NCBI GenBank assembly: GCA_019090455.1
Contig: JAHRWA010000008.1
Location: 8,083 to 72,082 of the forward strand
Source: Pseudomonadales bacterium
GTDB taxonomy: Bacteria; Pseudomonadota; Gammaproteobacteria; Pseudomonadales; DC-out160
Length of the DNA stretch: 64,000 nt
Direction of reading: 5' to 3'
The notes under the pieces are model-generated. The model had not been told where the DNA came from and did no database searches. It saw only the letters and a list, made by a program, of their open reading frames with translations. A program made the position numbers and the translations under genes. Shown in pieces: positions 1-8,735 of the stretch (positions are counted from its first letter, which is position 1; every line of letters starts with the position of its first letter).

Positions 1-395
1 GCATCAGAGAAGGAGCGGCGATTGGCCGCCTCTTCAGCCAATCGCCGTAGCTCTTGTTTTTGGTTCTCGATTTTCTGAGCCTGTTCCAATTTGGTACTTA
101 GCTCCTTTGACTTTCGATCATCGATGGGATCGATTCCATTCGACAGGCCGGTTTTCAGCTTTCGGTGAATTTTGCGAATTTCCTGCAATGATGATGATGG
201 CCAATTTGCGACTTTGACTGTCCTGTATTTTTTACCATCCAGGCTACGATATTTGTACTCAAATTGTACGATTAGTGTTCCTGCACGATTATGGCGTACT
301 CGCCCTCGAAGACCACCGCCATCGTTAATGATGGAGTTGACATCCTTTTCCGCAAGCGCCTTCAAAGTGGCTGTTTTGAGAAGATTGGTCGACAT
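1..395 (-). CDS. int: Tyrosine integrase, P4/CP4-57-like; only the N-terminal part is present because the gene runs off the left edge
   Basis: The gene is absent from the ORF track because it has no stop in the window. Reverse-strand translation from the ATG at 395-393 gives MSTNLLKTATLKALAEKDVNSIINDGGGLRGRVRHNRAGTLIVQFEYKYRSLDGKKYRTVKVANWPSSSLQEIRKIHRKLKTGLSNGIDPIDDRKSKE... and stays open to position 1. The pattern (L..KAL...DK...DGGGL.(L/G)RV...G...F.F.Y....GK.....(L/V)G.(Y/W)P..SL.EAR......L..GIDP) is the arm-binding N-terminus typical of P4-family integrases. Confidence 0.75.
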   Translation of the reverse strand, partial: MSTNLLKTATLKALAEKDVNSIINDGGGLRGRVRHNRAGTLIVQFEYKYRSLDGKKYRTVKVANWPSSSLQEIRKIHRKLKTGLSNGIDPIDDRKSKELSTKLEQAQKIENQKQELRRLAEEAANRRSFSD

Positions 396-590
396 CAGCT
401 GGTTCCCTATTGACAGAGGGTTTTGAGGAGTGAATTTCTACTGCACCCACACTGCACCCACAAATACGAAGAATTTATAGGATTGTAATGGACAAGCTAG
501 GAAAAGGGAATTATTTAAAGATGATGTAAAACAGCTATTTAGGTTGTTTTTTGTGTCCGAGGGATTCCGAGATAGTTTATCGTTACCTAA

Positions 591-635
591 CTACGAACCA
601 GGCGGTCGGACGTTCGAATCGTTCCGGGCGCGCCA
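591..635 (+). tRNA. 3' fragment of tRNA-Arg(ACG), from the anticodon loop to CCA; not a functional gene, probably an att-site remnant
   Basis: CTACGAACCAGGCGGTCGGACGTTCGAATCGTTCCGGGCGCGCCA aligns almost base for base with the 3' half of enterobacterial tRNA-Arg(ACG), CTACGAACCGAGCGGTCGGAGGTTCGAATCCTCCCGGATGCACCA. It has the T-arm GGACG-TTCGAAT-CGTTC, the acceptor 3' strand CGGGCGC, a discriminator G and CCA. No matching 5' acceptor strand (GCGCCCG) or D-arm exists in 396-590, and the anticodon-stem 5' strand does not pair. Confidence 0.7.
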
Positions 636-644
636 TATAAAAAA

Positions 645-677
645 GGGCTTAGCAGATAAATGCTAGGCCCTTTTTTA
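645..677 (+). terminator. Rho-independent terminator following the tRNA-Arg fragment
   Basis: The stem GGGCTTAGCA (645-654) pairs with TGCTAGGCCC (661-670) with one mismatch. The loop is GATAAA and the stem is followed by TTTTTT. Confidence 0.7.
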
Positions 678-1368
678 TTGCCTATCCGAAATTATCCTGC
701 CTGCACCCAAAAATGTTGAAACAAAATAGAGTCGGGTGGAATTATTCTTTGTCGGGAGTCCGCAGTGAGAGAGAAGACTTACATCCTAAATGACGAATAT
801 CCTTCCGCAAATGTTGTGAATTAATCGATAAATGGAAAGCGCCAGTGCCTAAACCATTTCAATTTCTTTCATGGGCGGCCATTCTATTTATTCGGGATTA
901 CGTCTCGCAGATCCTTGGATACAAAAGGTGCACAGGGTTTTCAAAATACCTTTTCCCAAATTAGAAAATCACTTTTTGTAGTTATATTTATTGTTGGAGT
1001 TGAAGTTGCAACGGATTCACTTAATGATGATTTAAAGGTAATTGATTGGGACTCCAAAAATAAGCTGGTGCCCTCTCCTACAGAAATATAAATCTATACC
1101 GCTCTTCCTCCTGTCCTTCAGTAATACCTAAGCCGATCGTTTATCGTGGCGCATCGTCGCCATAGATTGGTGATGGGGTTTTGCCATGTATTGTAAAAAC
1201 ATTTAAAACCTATATGGAAGGTTCTGTAGAAAATTAGATAACGCCTCTTTCAGGGCGCATGAAAAATTAATATAAAATAAATTGACAATAGCTTTTGAAT
1301 GACAGTGGTCTTACACTCCTAGGCAGTCTTTCGTAACTTAATTTAAAAACGGTTTGGGAGGTGACAGG

Positions 1369-2913
1369 ATGTCAGAAGCAACATTGCAGCAGGCGCTCGA
1401 GTATCCAGCGAAAAAGGAGAAACTGGATATTGATTATGAGACACTCATAATTGGTTCGGGCTTATCCGGTATTGGTGCCGGTATTCGCTTAATTAAGGAA
1501 GGTTGTCCCGATTTTATTATTTTGGAAAAGGCCGATGACTTGGGAGGAACTTGGCGAGATAATACTTATCCCGGTTTGGCGGTGGATGTCCCATCTTTAA
1601 GTTATTCTTTTTCTTTCGAACAAAACCCCAATTGGTCTAGCTTGTACGCATCTGGCGTGGAAATGAAGAACTATGTTGATCATTGTGCCCAGAAGTATGG
1701 CATTCGTCCTCACATGCGATATAACGCTGAAGTCGAAGAGTCCTCCTTTGATGAGGAGCATAATGTTTGGGTTACTCGCACTACCGCTGGCGACACTTAC
1801 GTTTCGCGCTTTTTAGTCAGTGCTACTGGTTTCTTAACCGTACCCAAATTACCCATTATCGACGGCATTGAAACCTTTAAAGGCAAAGTGATGCATACCG
1901 GACGCTGGGATCATTCCTACGACATGACCGGGAAGCGAGTGGGTTTTATTGGTACCGGCGCGACAGGCATTCAGGCAGTGCCAGAGATAGTGGATGAATG
2001 TAAAACGTTGGATATTTACCAGCGAACTCCGATTTGGTTGTTACCGAAAAAGGAGATGCCCTTTAGTGAGCGCACACAGGAAATATTTGCAACGGTACCC
2101 GGAGCACAATGGTTAGCGCGACTGGTGATGATGTTCTTTACCGATATCGTGATGATCAATTTGCTGGTTTACAATAAGTACTTTTCCTTCGCGGGAAAAA
2201 AGCTACAAGATTTGTGCATTGATCATATTCGAAATCAGGTAGACGACCCTGCGACGCAAGAGGCCCTTATTCCAAAATACGATTTTGGTTGTAAGCGACC
2301 TAGTTTTACTTCTAAGTTTTATCCGGTGTTTAATCGCGATGATACCAACTTGGTCACTGATCCTATTGAGCGGATTACTGAGAATGCGATTGTCACTAAG
2401 GATGGAACAGTTCGAGAAATCGACATGCTGATTTGTGCTACGGGATTTGAGGTTTTTCAGAAGGGGAGTGTTCCTACCTATTGCGTGAAAGGGAAGGGGG
2501 ATCTTGATCTCAGCGATTTCTGGGAAAACAATCGTTATCAGGCCTACAGTGGATCCACAGTACCTCGTTTCCCTAATTTCTTTTTAATGTTTGGGCCTTA
2601 CAGTGTCTGTACGGCATCTTGGTTTGGCATGATAGATACGCAGTCTAAACATCTAGTGCGTTGTATTAAGGAAGCTAAAAAACGGAATGCAAATTATGTC
2701 GAAATAAAGGAATCAGCTAATGAAAAGGATTTTAAAAAAGTCGTTGCAAGAACCCGATCTACGATATTTAAAACGGGTGATTGTGCTCGCTCTAATAGCT
2801 ACTACTTTGATAGGCATGGGGACAGTCCAACGATTCGCCCTACTATGGGTTTTTTACATTGGTTCAATACGCGTTTTTTTAGTATGAAAAATTATATTAT
2901 TGAAAATAGGTAA
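1369..2913 (+). CDS. Class B flavin-dependent monooxygenase, Baeyer-Villiger (type I BVMO)-like
   Basis: The track ORF begins at a TTG (1354). The ATG at 1369 is preceded by GGGAGGTGA. The protein has a GxGxxG dinucleotide fold (IIGSGLSGIGAG), GGTWRDNTYPG, the BVMO fingerprint FxGxxxHxxxW[PD] (FKGKVMHTGRWD) and a second Rossmann motif (GFIGTGATGIQ). Confidence 0.8.
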   Translation: MSEATLQQALEYPAKKEKLDIDYETLIIGSGLSGIGAGIRLIKEGCPDFIILEKADDLGGTWRDNTYPGLAVDVPSLSYSFSFEQNPNWSSLYASGVEMKNYVDHCAQKYGIRPHMRYNAEVEESSFDEEHNVWVTRTTAGDTYVSRFLVSATGFLTVPKLPIIDGIETFKGKVMHTGRWDHSYDMTGKRVGFIGTGATGIQAVPEIVDECKTLDIYQRTPIWLLPKKEMPFSERTQEIFATVPGAQWLARLVMMFFTDIVMINLLVYNKYFSFAGKKLQDLCIDHIRNQVDDPATQEALIPKYDFGCKRPSFTSKFYPVFNRDDTNLVTDPIERITENAIVTKDGTVREIDMLICATGFEVFQKGSVPTYCVKGKGDLDLSDFWENNRYQAYSGSTVPRFPNFFLMFGPYSVCTASWFGMIDTQSKHLVRCIKEAKKRNANYVEIKESANEKDFKKVVARTRSTIFKTGDCARSNSYYFDRHGDSPTIRPTMGFLHWFNTRFFSMKNYIIENR

Positions 2914-2941
2914 TAGATACAGAAAGGAAAATGAAACAAAT

Positions 2942-2967
2942 AAACCGACAGAATTTCATGTCGGTTT
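2942..2967. terminator. Bidirectional hairpin terminator between the convergent monooxygenase and NRPS genes
   Basis: AAACCGACA (2942-2950) pairs with TGTCGGTTT (2959-2967) around an 8-nt loop. A/T runs lie on both sides. Confidence 0.65.
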
Positions 2968-3037
2968 ATTTGTTTCATAATACTAACGGAGTTTACCTAC
3001 TAGATATTTTCATAGAGTCCCTTCTATATAGTTTCTT

Positions 3038-6000
3038 CTATAGCGTTATTTCCTCAAACTCTTCTTCAAATTCACCCTCGGACCCACCTTCAGTTGAACC
3101 CGGCTGGATTGCTGTGGTGATGATCTCTGCTATGCCAGAAATCGTGGTGACATCAAACAAAGTATGTACACTAAGATCAACCGCTAACTCGGCTTTTATT
3201 CTTGAACGAATGCGTGTGACATCCAAGCTGTGCCCCCCTAAATCAAAGAAATCGAAGTTGGTGGATACATTGTCTAGTTCTAAAATATCTTGCCATATGG
3301 TTTTTAATTTCTGCTCAGTCTCATTTTTGGGGGCGATGTATTCTTTGCTTTCGTAGTTTGCAATTTCAGGTTCGGGGAGAGCACGTTTGTCGGTTTTTCC
3401 ATTTGCTGTTTTGGGGAACTGCTCCAGTATTACGTATGCCGATGGTACTAAAAATTGAGGTACCCTGTCTTTCATGCCAGCCTTTAATACATTGGGTGTG
3501 TGTTCTACACCGGGTATCAATAGTATGTAAGCTATTAGCTCTTTTGTGCCCTTATGATTCTCTTTTAGCAAGACACAGCTATCTCGAACTCCCGCTAACA
3601 TCTTAAGGTTTGATTCCACCTCTCCTAATTCAATACGATATCCACTGAGCTTAACTTGGTCATCAACGCGGCCCAGCAATTCGATGTTTCCATCTCCGTG
3701 AAACCGGCAGATATCGCCGGTTCGGTAAAGCCGGGCATCAGGAGTAGGATCAAATGGGTCAGAGATAAATTGCGCTAGCGTTTTTTCTGGTTGATTCAAA
3801 TATCTGTCTGCCACGCCATCGCCACCAACATAGAGCTCTCCGGCAACTCCTATCGGCACCTGTCTTTCTTGGGGGTCGAGGATGTAGACCGTTGAATTAG
3901 CGATGGGAGAACCAATCGGTATGCTTGTCGCGAATGAATCCACTGATTCCACAAGGTAGGTGGTTGCGAGGGTCGTATTTTCTGTTGGGCCATAGATATT
4001 AATTAAGCGTTTTGGTGCCGCCGCGCCATCGTTAGCCGTTAGCACTTCGCGCAGTTGACTCGCATCCGCATTTTCTGCTCCGAATATAACGGTATGGGCG
4101 TCAGCAAATACATCAATTTTTTGAGTTGTTAAATGATTGAATACTGAGGTGGATACGCCTAGTAGCTTGATATTCTTTTCCGCTATCATTTTGGGTAAAA
4201 GCTCGAGATCGAGTAGAGTCCCTTGTTCGACAATAACCAATTCACCGCCGTTCAATAGTGCGGCCCATATTTCGATAGTGGTGAGATCAAAGGACACATT
4301 CGAACAATGAAATACGGTGTCGCCAGGAAGGATGTCTATATAGTTGGTGTTGACTACCAATCTAGAAATGCCTTTGTGTCGAACACACACACCCTTTGGA
4401 TTACCGGTTGTACCGGATGTATACATCACATAAGCCAGATCCGTTGAACTGACAGGGATATCCAGATTAGTGTCGCTATAGTGTGTCAATTCTTCTTGCA
4501 AGTCTTCCCAGACCATGACGATCGACTGATGAGAGTTGTCACTTTCAGTCATGATTTTTCCCCGAATCCTTTGCATCATTTCTTGGCTGGCTTCGGAGGT
4601 AATTAAAACCGCTGATCCTGCATCTTCCAGTAGATACGCTATTCGATCTTGGGGGTATGAAGTGTCAATGGGGACGTAAACTCCTCCGACTTTTAATACG
4701 GCCAAAGTAGAGACAATCATGGACACTGAGCGGCCCAAGGCAATCGCGACCAGGTGGCCAGGTTTAACACCGGCGTCGACCAGTCGTCGCGCCATCTGAT
4801 TGGATGTTTGGTTGAGTTCACGGTAAGACCATTTTTCATGACCCAATGACAGAGCGGTGAACTCGGGGTATTCTGCGGCCTTATTTTCAAACTGAAACAT
4901 CAGTGATTTGTCTGAGGGGTACTCGGTTGAGGTGTTATTCCATTCTTTTAACAGTGCTAGCTCATCCGGCAAAACATAATTCAAACTACTGAGCGCTTCA
5001 GTCCCATTAAGGAGCTGTTGTGCGATCAATGTGATTCGTTCGAGAAGTCGACGGGAGTCAAACGCTGTGGGAGAGTAACTCAGGCTTAGCGTCAATCCTT
5101 CGTTGTCCTCTTGCACATATAAATGCACTACCTGTTCTACATTGTTTGAATGGCGCGTTAGTTTCTTTACCTTCGTGCCATTCAGCGAAAGTTGCGGCAT
5201 TGGGAGTAAGTAGTTGTAGTTAAACTCGGGGTCTGAAGACTCAACAATACTATTTCGTACGCTGGTTGAAAGTGCTTTATAGGGTTTTGACTCTTTCTGA
5301 AAACGACGAGCGGAATCCAATAACTGCGTGACTGAATCTTCCATGTTTTCAGGTTGAAATACGAAAGGTAAATTGTAGACGTAGATACCGAGATTGGATT
5401 GATGTCCTTTGGGTCGAACGCTCAACGCATTATTCACAATAAATGGGTTTGTTGGGCTGCCGTATTGTTTCAATATTAAGGCATAAATGCAGCGGAAGAA
5501 AAGCGCAGGGGTAATTGCCTTGGCACGACAATAGTGTTTGATTTCGGTAAATTTCCGCAGATTAATGACCTCGGATTGATGAATGAAATGCTCCTCTTCT
5601 ATTGCTCCATTTAAAAGGGAAGGTCGCCCTACTGAGAGAGGTTCTACATCTTGTAGTACGTCAGACCAATATTGTCTTAAGTCTGGGGTATCATATTCGT
5701 TTCGATGTTGGGTGATATATTCTAGGTAATCTGCATTTTTATTGAGTTTATGTTCAGATACCGCCGCTATTGTTTCGCTCTGTATATGGCTTTCTAGTTT
5801 TTGATACTTATTTAGAATCTGTTCAATATGAATAGAACCGCTGATTGCATCCATTAATATATGATGACAAGCGCTGGCAAAAATAAACCGGTTGTGACTC
5901 TGTCGCCAAACACGGTACCTCACTAATTGATTACCATGGATGTCATAGGGTTGATAAACGAATTGCTTCACCAAAGTTGATATTTCATCATCGGTTAGAT

Positions 6001-6418
6001 CTTGCGTAGTGGAATCAACTGTATCTAAAGTGGAATCAACCCTATCTAAAGAGCAATCAACGACATCTAAAGTGAAAGAGGGTTTTCGATAAATACATTG
6101 GAATGCCAGTTTCATCTCAAATTCTTGCTCATCACCTCTGTGAAAACGGGTTCGTAGTATGGCTTGGTCTTCATGTAAGGATCGAATGGCTTTTTCCAAC
6201 ATCACGTTATCCAGCTGCCCATCAATTGATAGGGATGCCCCAATACAACACTCTTGAGTGTTGGGGTTTATGATGCTGATGAAATACATGTCGTGTTGCA
6301 TCGGTGTTAACGAGAAAATGGATTCGATATCGATATTCGAGCCACGCTCTATATCTTGTTTGAGCGCAAAGTTAATATCTTGCGTCTGCGTTGTTGACGC
6401 TGTCTGATTCTTTTTCAT
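3038..6418 (-). CDS. Single-module nonribosomal peptide synthetase (C-A-T) with no TE, R or terminal C domain
   Basis: The condensation domain has the HHxxxDG motif (ACHHILMDAISG). Adenylation core motifs are LAYVMYTSGTTGNPKG, NIYGPTE, YRTGD, GRVDDQVKLSGYRIELGEVE and PKTANGKTDKRAL. The carrier domain has FFDLGGHSLD. The protein ends about 55 aa after the PCP serine. The track ORF starts at a TTG (6427); the ATG at 6418 is the more likely start. Confidence 0.9.
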   Translation of the reverse strand: MKKNQTASTTQTQDINFALKQDIERGSNIDIESIFSLTPMQHDMYFISIINPNTQECCIGASLSIDGQLDNVMLEKAIRSLHEDQAILRTRFHRGDEQEFEMKLAFQCIYRKPSFTLDVVDCSLDRVDSTLDTVDSTTQDLTDDEISTLVKQFVYQPYDIHGNQLVRYRVWRQSHNRFIFASACHHILMDAISGSIHIEQILNKYQKLESHIQSETIAAVSEHKLNKNADYLEYITQHRNEYDTPDLRQYWSDVLQDVEPLSVGRPSLLNGAIEEEHFIHQSEVINLRKFTEIKHYCRAKAITPALFFRCIYALILKQYGSPTNPFIVNNALSVRPKGHQSNLGIYVYNLPFVFQPENMEDSVTQLLDSARRFQKESKPYKALSTSVRNSIVESSDPEFNYNYLLPMPQLSLNGTKVKKLTRHSNNVEQVVHLYVQEDNEGLTLSLSYSPTAFDSRRLLERITLIAQQLLNGTEALSSLNYVLPDELALLKEWNNTSTEYPSDKSLMFQFENKAAEYPEFTALSLGHEKWSYRELNQTSNQMARRLVDAGVKPGHLVAIALGRSVSMIVSTLAVLKVGGVYVPIDTSYPQDRIAYLLEDAGSAVLITSEASQEMMQRIRGKIMTESDNSHQSIVMVWEDLQEELTHYSDTNLDIPVSSTDLAYVMYTSGTTGNPKGVCVRHKGISRLVVNTNYIDILPGDTVFHCSNVSFDLTTIEIWAALLNGGELVIVEQGTLLDLELLPKMIAEKNIKLLGVSTSVFNHLTTQKIDVFADAHTVIFGAENADASQLREVLTANDGAAAPKRLINIYGPTENTTLATTYLVESVDSFATSIPIGSPIANSTVYILDPQERQVPIGVAGELYVGGDGVADRYLNQPEKTLAQFISDPFDPTPDARLYRTGDICRFHGDGNIELLGRVDDQVKLSGYRIELGEVESNLKMLAGVRDSCVLLKENHKGTKELIAYILLIPGVEHTPNVLKAGMKDRVPQFLVPSAYVILEQFPKTANGKTDKRALPEPEIANYESKEYIAPKNETEQKLKTIWQDILELDNVSTNFDFFDLGGHSLDVTRIRSRIKAELAVDLSVHTLFDVTTISGIAEIITTAIQPGSTEGGSEGEFEEEFEEITL
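6009..6071. repeat. Three tandem 21-bp repeats inside the NRPS condensation-domain coding region
   Basis: The three units are gtggaatcaactgtatctaaa, gtggaatcaaccctatctaaa and gagcaatcaacgacatctaaa. They encode three 7-aa units (LDVVDCS-LDRVDST-LDTVDST) on the minus strand. Confidence 0.8.
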
Positions 6419-6456
6419 GTAGCACAACCCCCTATTTTTCTGTCTGTTCTATTTTT

Positions 6457-7662
6457 TTAGGCACAGCCATCAAGATAGATCACTTTTTTTCCTAGATAAT
6501 TGGTAAATTCCACTGTTGGATGACCATCCAAATCACCGTAATGCAAGCTATTGCTGTCTGATTCAGTGGTTCCATCGATGGGTATTTCGTATTTTCCCGT
6601 TTGGTGTACGATTTCATACATAGGTATAATTAACGACGAATCGTGTCTTCGTATTTCACTCAGTATTTTTCGGCCTTTCTCTACTTTCGGCCGGAATAGA
6701 TTGACGCCTGGGGTGAAAGGCATCGCGTGAAAAAGGTGTATGGGGATGATTTTAATTTGCACTAACAATAATAATAGTTGGCGTAACTTTTCCGTGGAAT
6801 CGTTAACGTCGTGCAAAAACGGAATTTGAGCGCACTTCAAGATTGAGCCGTAACCATACCGATCAAAAAGCGCGACGGCTGCCTTGAATTCAGGGGTGAT
6901 TTCCTCAGTACAGGCCACATGAAATACGATGGCGGTGACATCGTGTGTTTTACATAAAGTGATAAACTCTTCGTCGAAACGAAAAGGATTGTGGCTGAGG
7001 CAGCGAGTATGTATCCGTATAATTTTAATGCTTTCGATTTCCCGCAATGCCTTGAGTACTTGAGCGAGCTTCGAGTTTGACAAGATCATCGGGTCGCCAC
7101 CACTTAAGATGACTTCGTTGATTTCGGGATGATCTCTTAAATAGACAAGGGTGTTTTGCCATTCCCCACTTTTGTTAAAGCCATTTTTCTCCTTCTCCAT
7201 ATCGAGCGTCCTGGCTACTTTAAAACAGTAGGAGCAATAGGCAAGGCAGGTATCAGTGACATCGAGTAGCGCTTTGTAAGCATATTTATGATGGAGAAGC
7301 TGAGTGGGGAACTCCTCCGAATGTTCCCAGTTTTCATGATATCCGTGAAAGGCATCCGCAGCATCGGATGGCAATAAAGCCGCATCAGGAAAGAATTGTC
7401 TCGCAATGGGATCTGAAAGAGTCGGCAATCCCGATTCACATTTAAATTGGCTGATGAGATAGGGCGTCAATTGAAATCTAAAACGTTGCAGGTATTCAGC
7501 CAAACCGGTTTGTCTTTCTTGGCTTAGCCCGGGGTAGAGTTGAACAAGGTCTTTTAAAGTGCGGATGGCAAATTTTTGCTGCCATACCCAATCCGTCCAT
7601 TGCTCAATACGCACATTCCGGTAGAAAACGTGCCGATGATCATGCGATTTTATGGCTTCCAT
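6457..7662 (-). CDS. Lysine 2,3-aminomutase (KamA)-family radical SAM/PLP aminomutase
   Basis: The radical SAM cluster motif is CLAYCSYCFK (CxxxCxxC). The N-terminus is KamA-type (W.DW.WQ ... LTPYLISQF ... DPIARQFFP). LSGGDPM is present, and a probable PLP lysine lies in HQTGKYEIP. Confidence 0.8.
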   Translation of the reverse strand: MEAIKSHDHRHVFYRNVRIEQWTDWVWQQKFAIRTLKDLVQLYPGLSQERQTGLAEYLQRFRFQLTPYLISQFKCESGLPTLSDPIARQFFPDAALLPSDAADAFHGYHENWEHSEEFPTQLLHHKYAYKALLDVTDTCLAYCSYCFKVARTLDMEKEKNGFNKSGEWQNTLVYLRDHPEINEVILSGGDPMILSNSKLAQVLKALREIESIKIIRIHTRCLSHNPFRFDEEFITLCKTHDVTAIVFHVACTEEITPEFKAAVALFDRYGYGSILKCAQIPFLHDVNDSTEKLRQLLLLLVQIKIIPIHLFHAMPFTPGVNLFRPKVEKGRKILSEIRRHDSSLIIPMYEIVHQTGKYEIPIDGTTESDSNSLHYGDLDGHPTVEFTNYLGKKVIYLDGCA

Positions 7663-7695
7663 AGCGGGGTCCTTTCCTGTTTTTTATACTTATTC

Positions 7696-7740
7696 CCTTC
7701 GTGCTCTAACTCTAACTCTAACCTTCGTGCTCTAACCTTC
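7696..7740. repeat. Intergenic direct repeats between the Fe/2OG oxygenase and aminomutase genes
   Basis: CCTTCGTGCTCTAAC occurs at 7696-7710 and again at 7722-7736. Two extra TCTAAC hexamers separate the two copies. Confidence 0.8.
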
Positions 7741-7751
7741 TATAGAAAACC

Positions 7752-8708
7752 TCACGCAAACGCGGCAATTATTCTTCTATGACCAGAGCTTGGTGTCCAA
7801 TTAGCGACACCATGTGTCCAGGTGAGATTGTTTTGGATGACTAAGTCATTGGGTTGTAACTTATAAGAGATTTTACATTTAAAAAGTTGATCATACCGAC
7901 TACCGAAATGCCCTATTCTAAGACCCGGATCAGAATCAAACATCTTAAATTCCGAAATGCCGGCAGACTGTTTTAGCAAGCCGCTCTCTAGCAGTAGGTT
8001 TTTGAATTGTTCTAGTGAGTCATAGTCTATGGACTCGGTGGTATACCAAAGGGTGTGCAAGTCTTGGTTTAATATATTTGAATGTAATTTTTTCGGAGAT
8101 GCTAGAACATCATAGAGGGTAATGTTTGAATCGATGGTCGTCGCTTTTAATATTTCATCATCGCTCGTTAAGCTATCTTCCGGCATGTTGAGTCTATACC
8201 TCATCCTCAATTGACTTTTCTCAGATCGGCTTAAACTTCTTTTCGTCACTCCCTTTACGACTTTGTCACGAAGTATGCCCCACATTTCGCTATTTTGATC
8301 AACGTTCATCAGTATTGTCTCGCCACCATCAGTGGTATTTTCTAGACAATAAAAAGCAGCCATTTGCATACCCAGCAAATGGCTGCCTTCAGAATGGGGA
8401 GTTACAATTTTATAATCCTTGCGTTTATCTACTGTCATAAAATAGTCTCCCACATTATCACGGTGTCCTGCGAGGGAAGCCATTCCAGCTTGCAGCTCTA
8501 AGGATTCAAGTAGAGCAAAACCTTTTGCAATTTCGGCGATCAAACGGTCCGCTTCAGTGGGATCGACATTTTGTATCAACGCAACCTGATCCTTCTTCAA
8601 TGATGCGATTGCAAAACTAGCGTCATCTTTAACTGTGCGGGAGTTTATCCTGGATAAGCGACTCTTATCCTCTATTACAATCCCGCCCTGAGCAGTACAA
8701 TCTTGCAT
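7752..8708 (-). CDS. Fe(II)/2-oxoglutarate-dependent oxygenase, clavaminate-synthase/TauD-fold; candidate amino-acid hydroxylase
   Basis: A candidate HxE...H facial triad is present (TPHSEGS and, about 190 aa later, WTHGVANW), followed by a C-terminal Arg (GHRRIIA). HxE rather than HxD is typical of the CAS-like amino-acid beta-hydroxylases. The family call is from motifs only. Confidence 0.55.
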   Translation of the reverse strand: MQDCTAQGGIVIEDKSRLSRINSRTVKDDASFAIASLKKDQVALIQNVDPTEADRLIAEIAKGFALLESLELQAGMASLAGHRDNVGDYFMTVDKRKDYKIVTPHSEGSHLLGMQMAAFYCLENTTDGGETILMNVDQNSEMWGILRDKVVKGVTKRSLSRSEKSQLRMRYRLNMPEDSLTSDDEILKATTIDSNITLYDVLASPKKLHSNILNQDLHTLWYTTESIDYDSLEQFKNLLLESGLLKQSAGISEFKMFDSDPGLRIGHFGSRYDQLFKCKISYKLQPNDLVIQNNLTWTHGVANWTPSSGHRRIIAAFA

Positions 8709-8735
8709 ATTGGTTTTCTCCCATTTTTCGAGAGT

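Larger units (their letters stand above)
1..635. mobile_element. Right-hand boundary of an integrase-associated genomic island; the body of the island lies left of the window
   Basis: A P4-like integrase start lies 196 bp from a 45-nt tRNA-Arg 3' fragment. This is the size class of attachment repeats left by anticodon-loop-targeting tRNA integrases. Confidence 0.55.

Noticed and set aside
172-426. Track ORF of 84 aa on the plus strand
   Set aside because: It lies antisense to a much better reading frame, the P4-like integrase N-terminus at 395-1 on the minus strand, and has no recognisable motifs. I treat it as a shadow ORF.
396-635. A complete tRNA-Arg (or tmRNA) gene next to the integrase
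   Set aside because: Only the 3' 45 nt match a tRNA. No GCGCCCG acceptor 5' strand, D-arm or pairing anticodon-stem 5' strand exists upstream. The acceptor sequence is also not tmRNA-like.
2931-3606. Track ORFs 2931-3356 and 3358-3606 on the plus strand
   Set aside because: They are antisense to the NRPS PCP/A-domain coding region and are low-complexity in sequence. I treat them as shadow ORFs.
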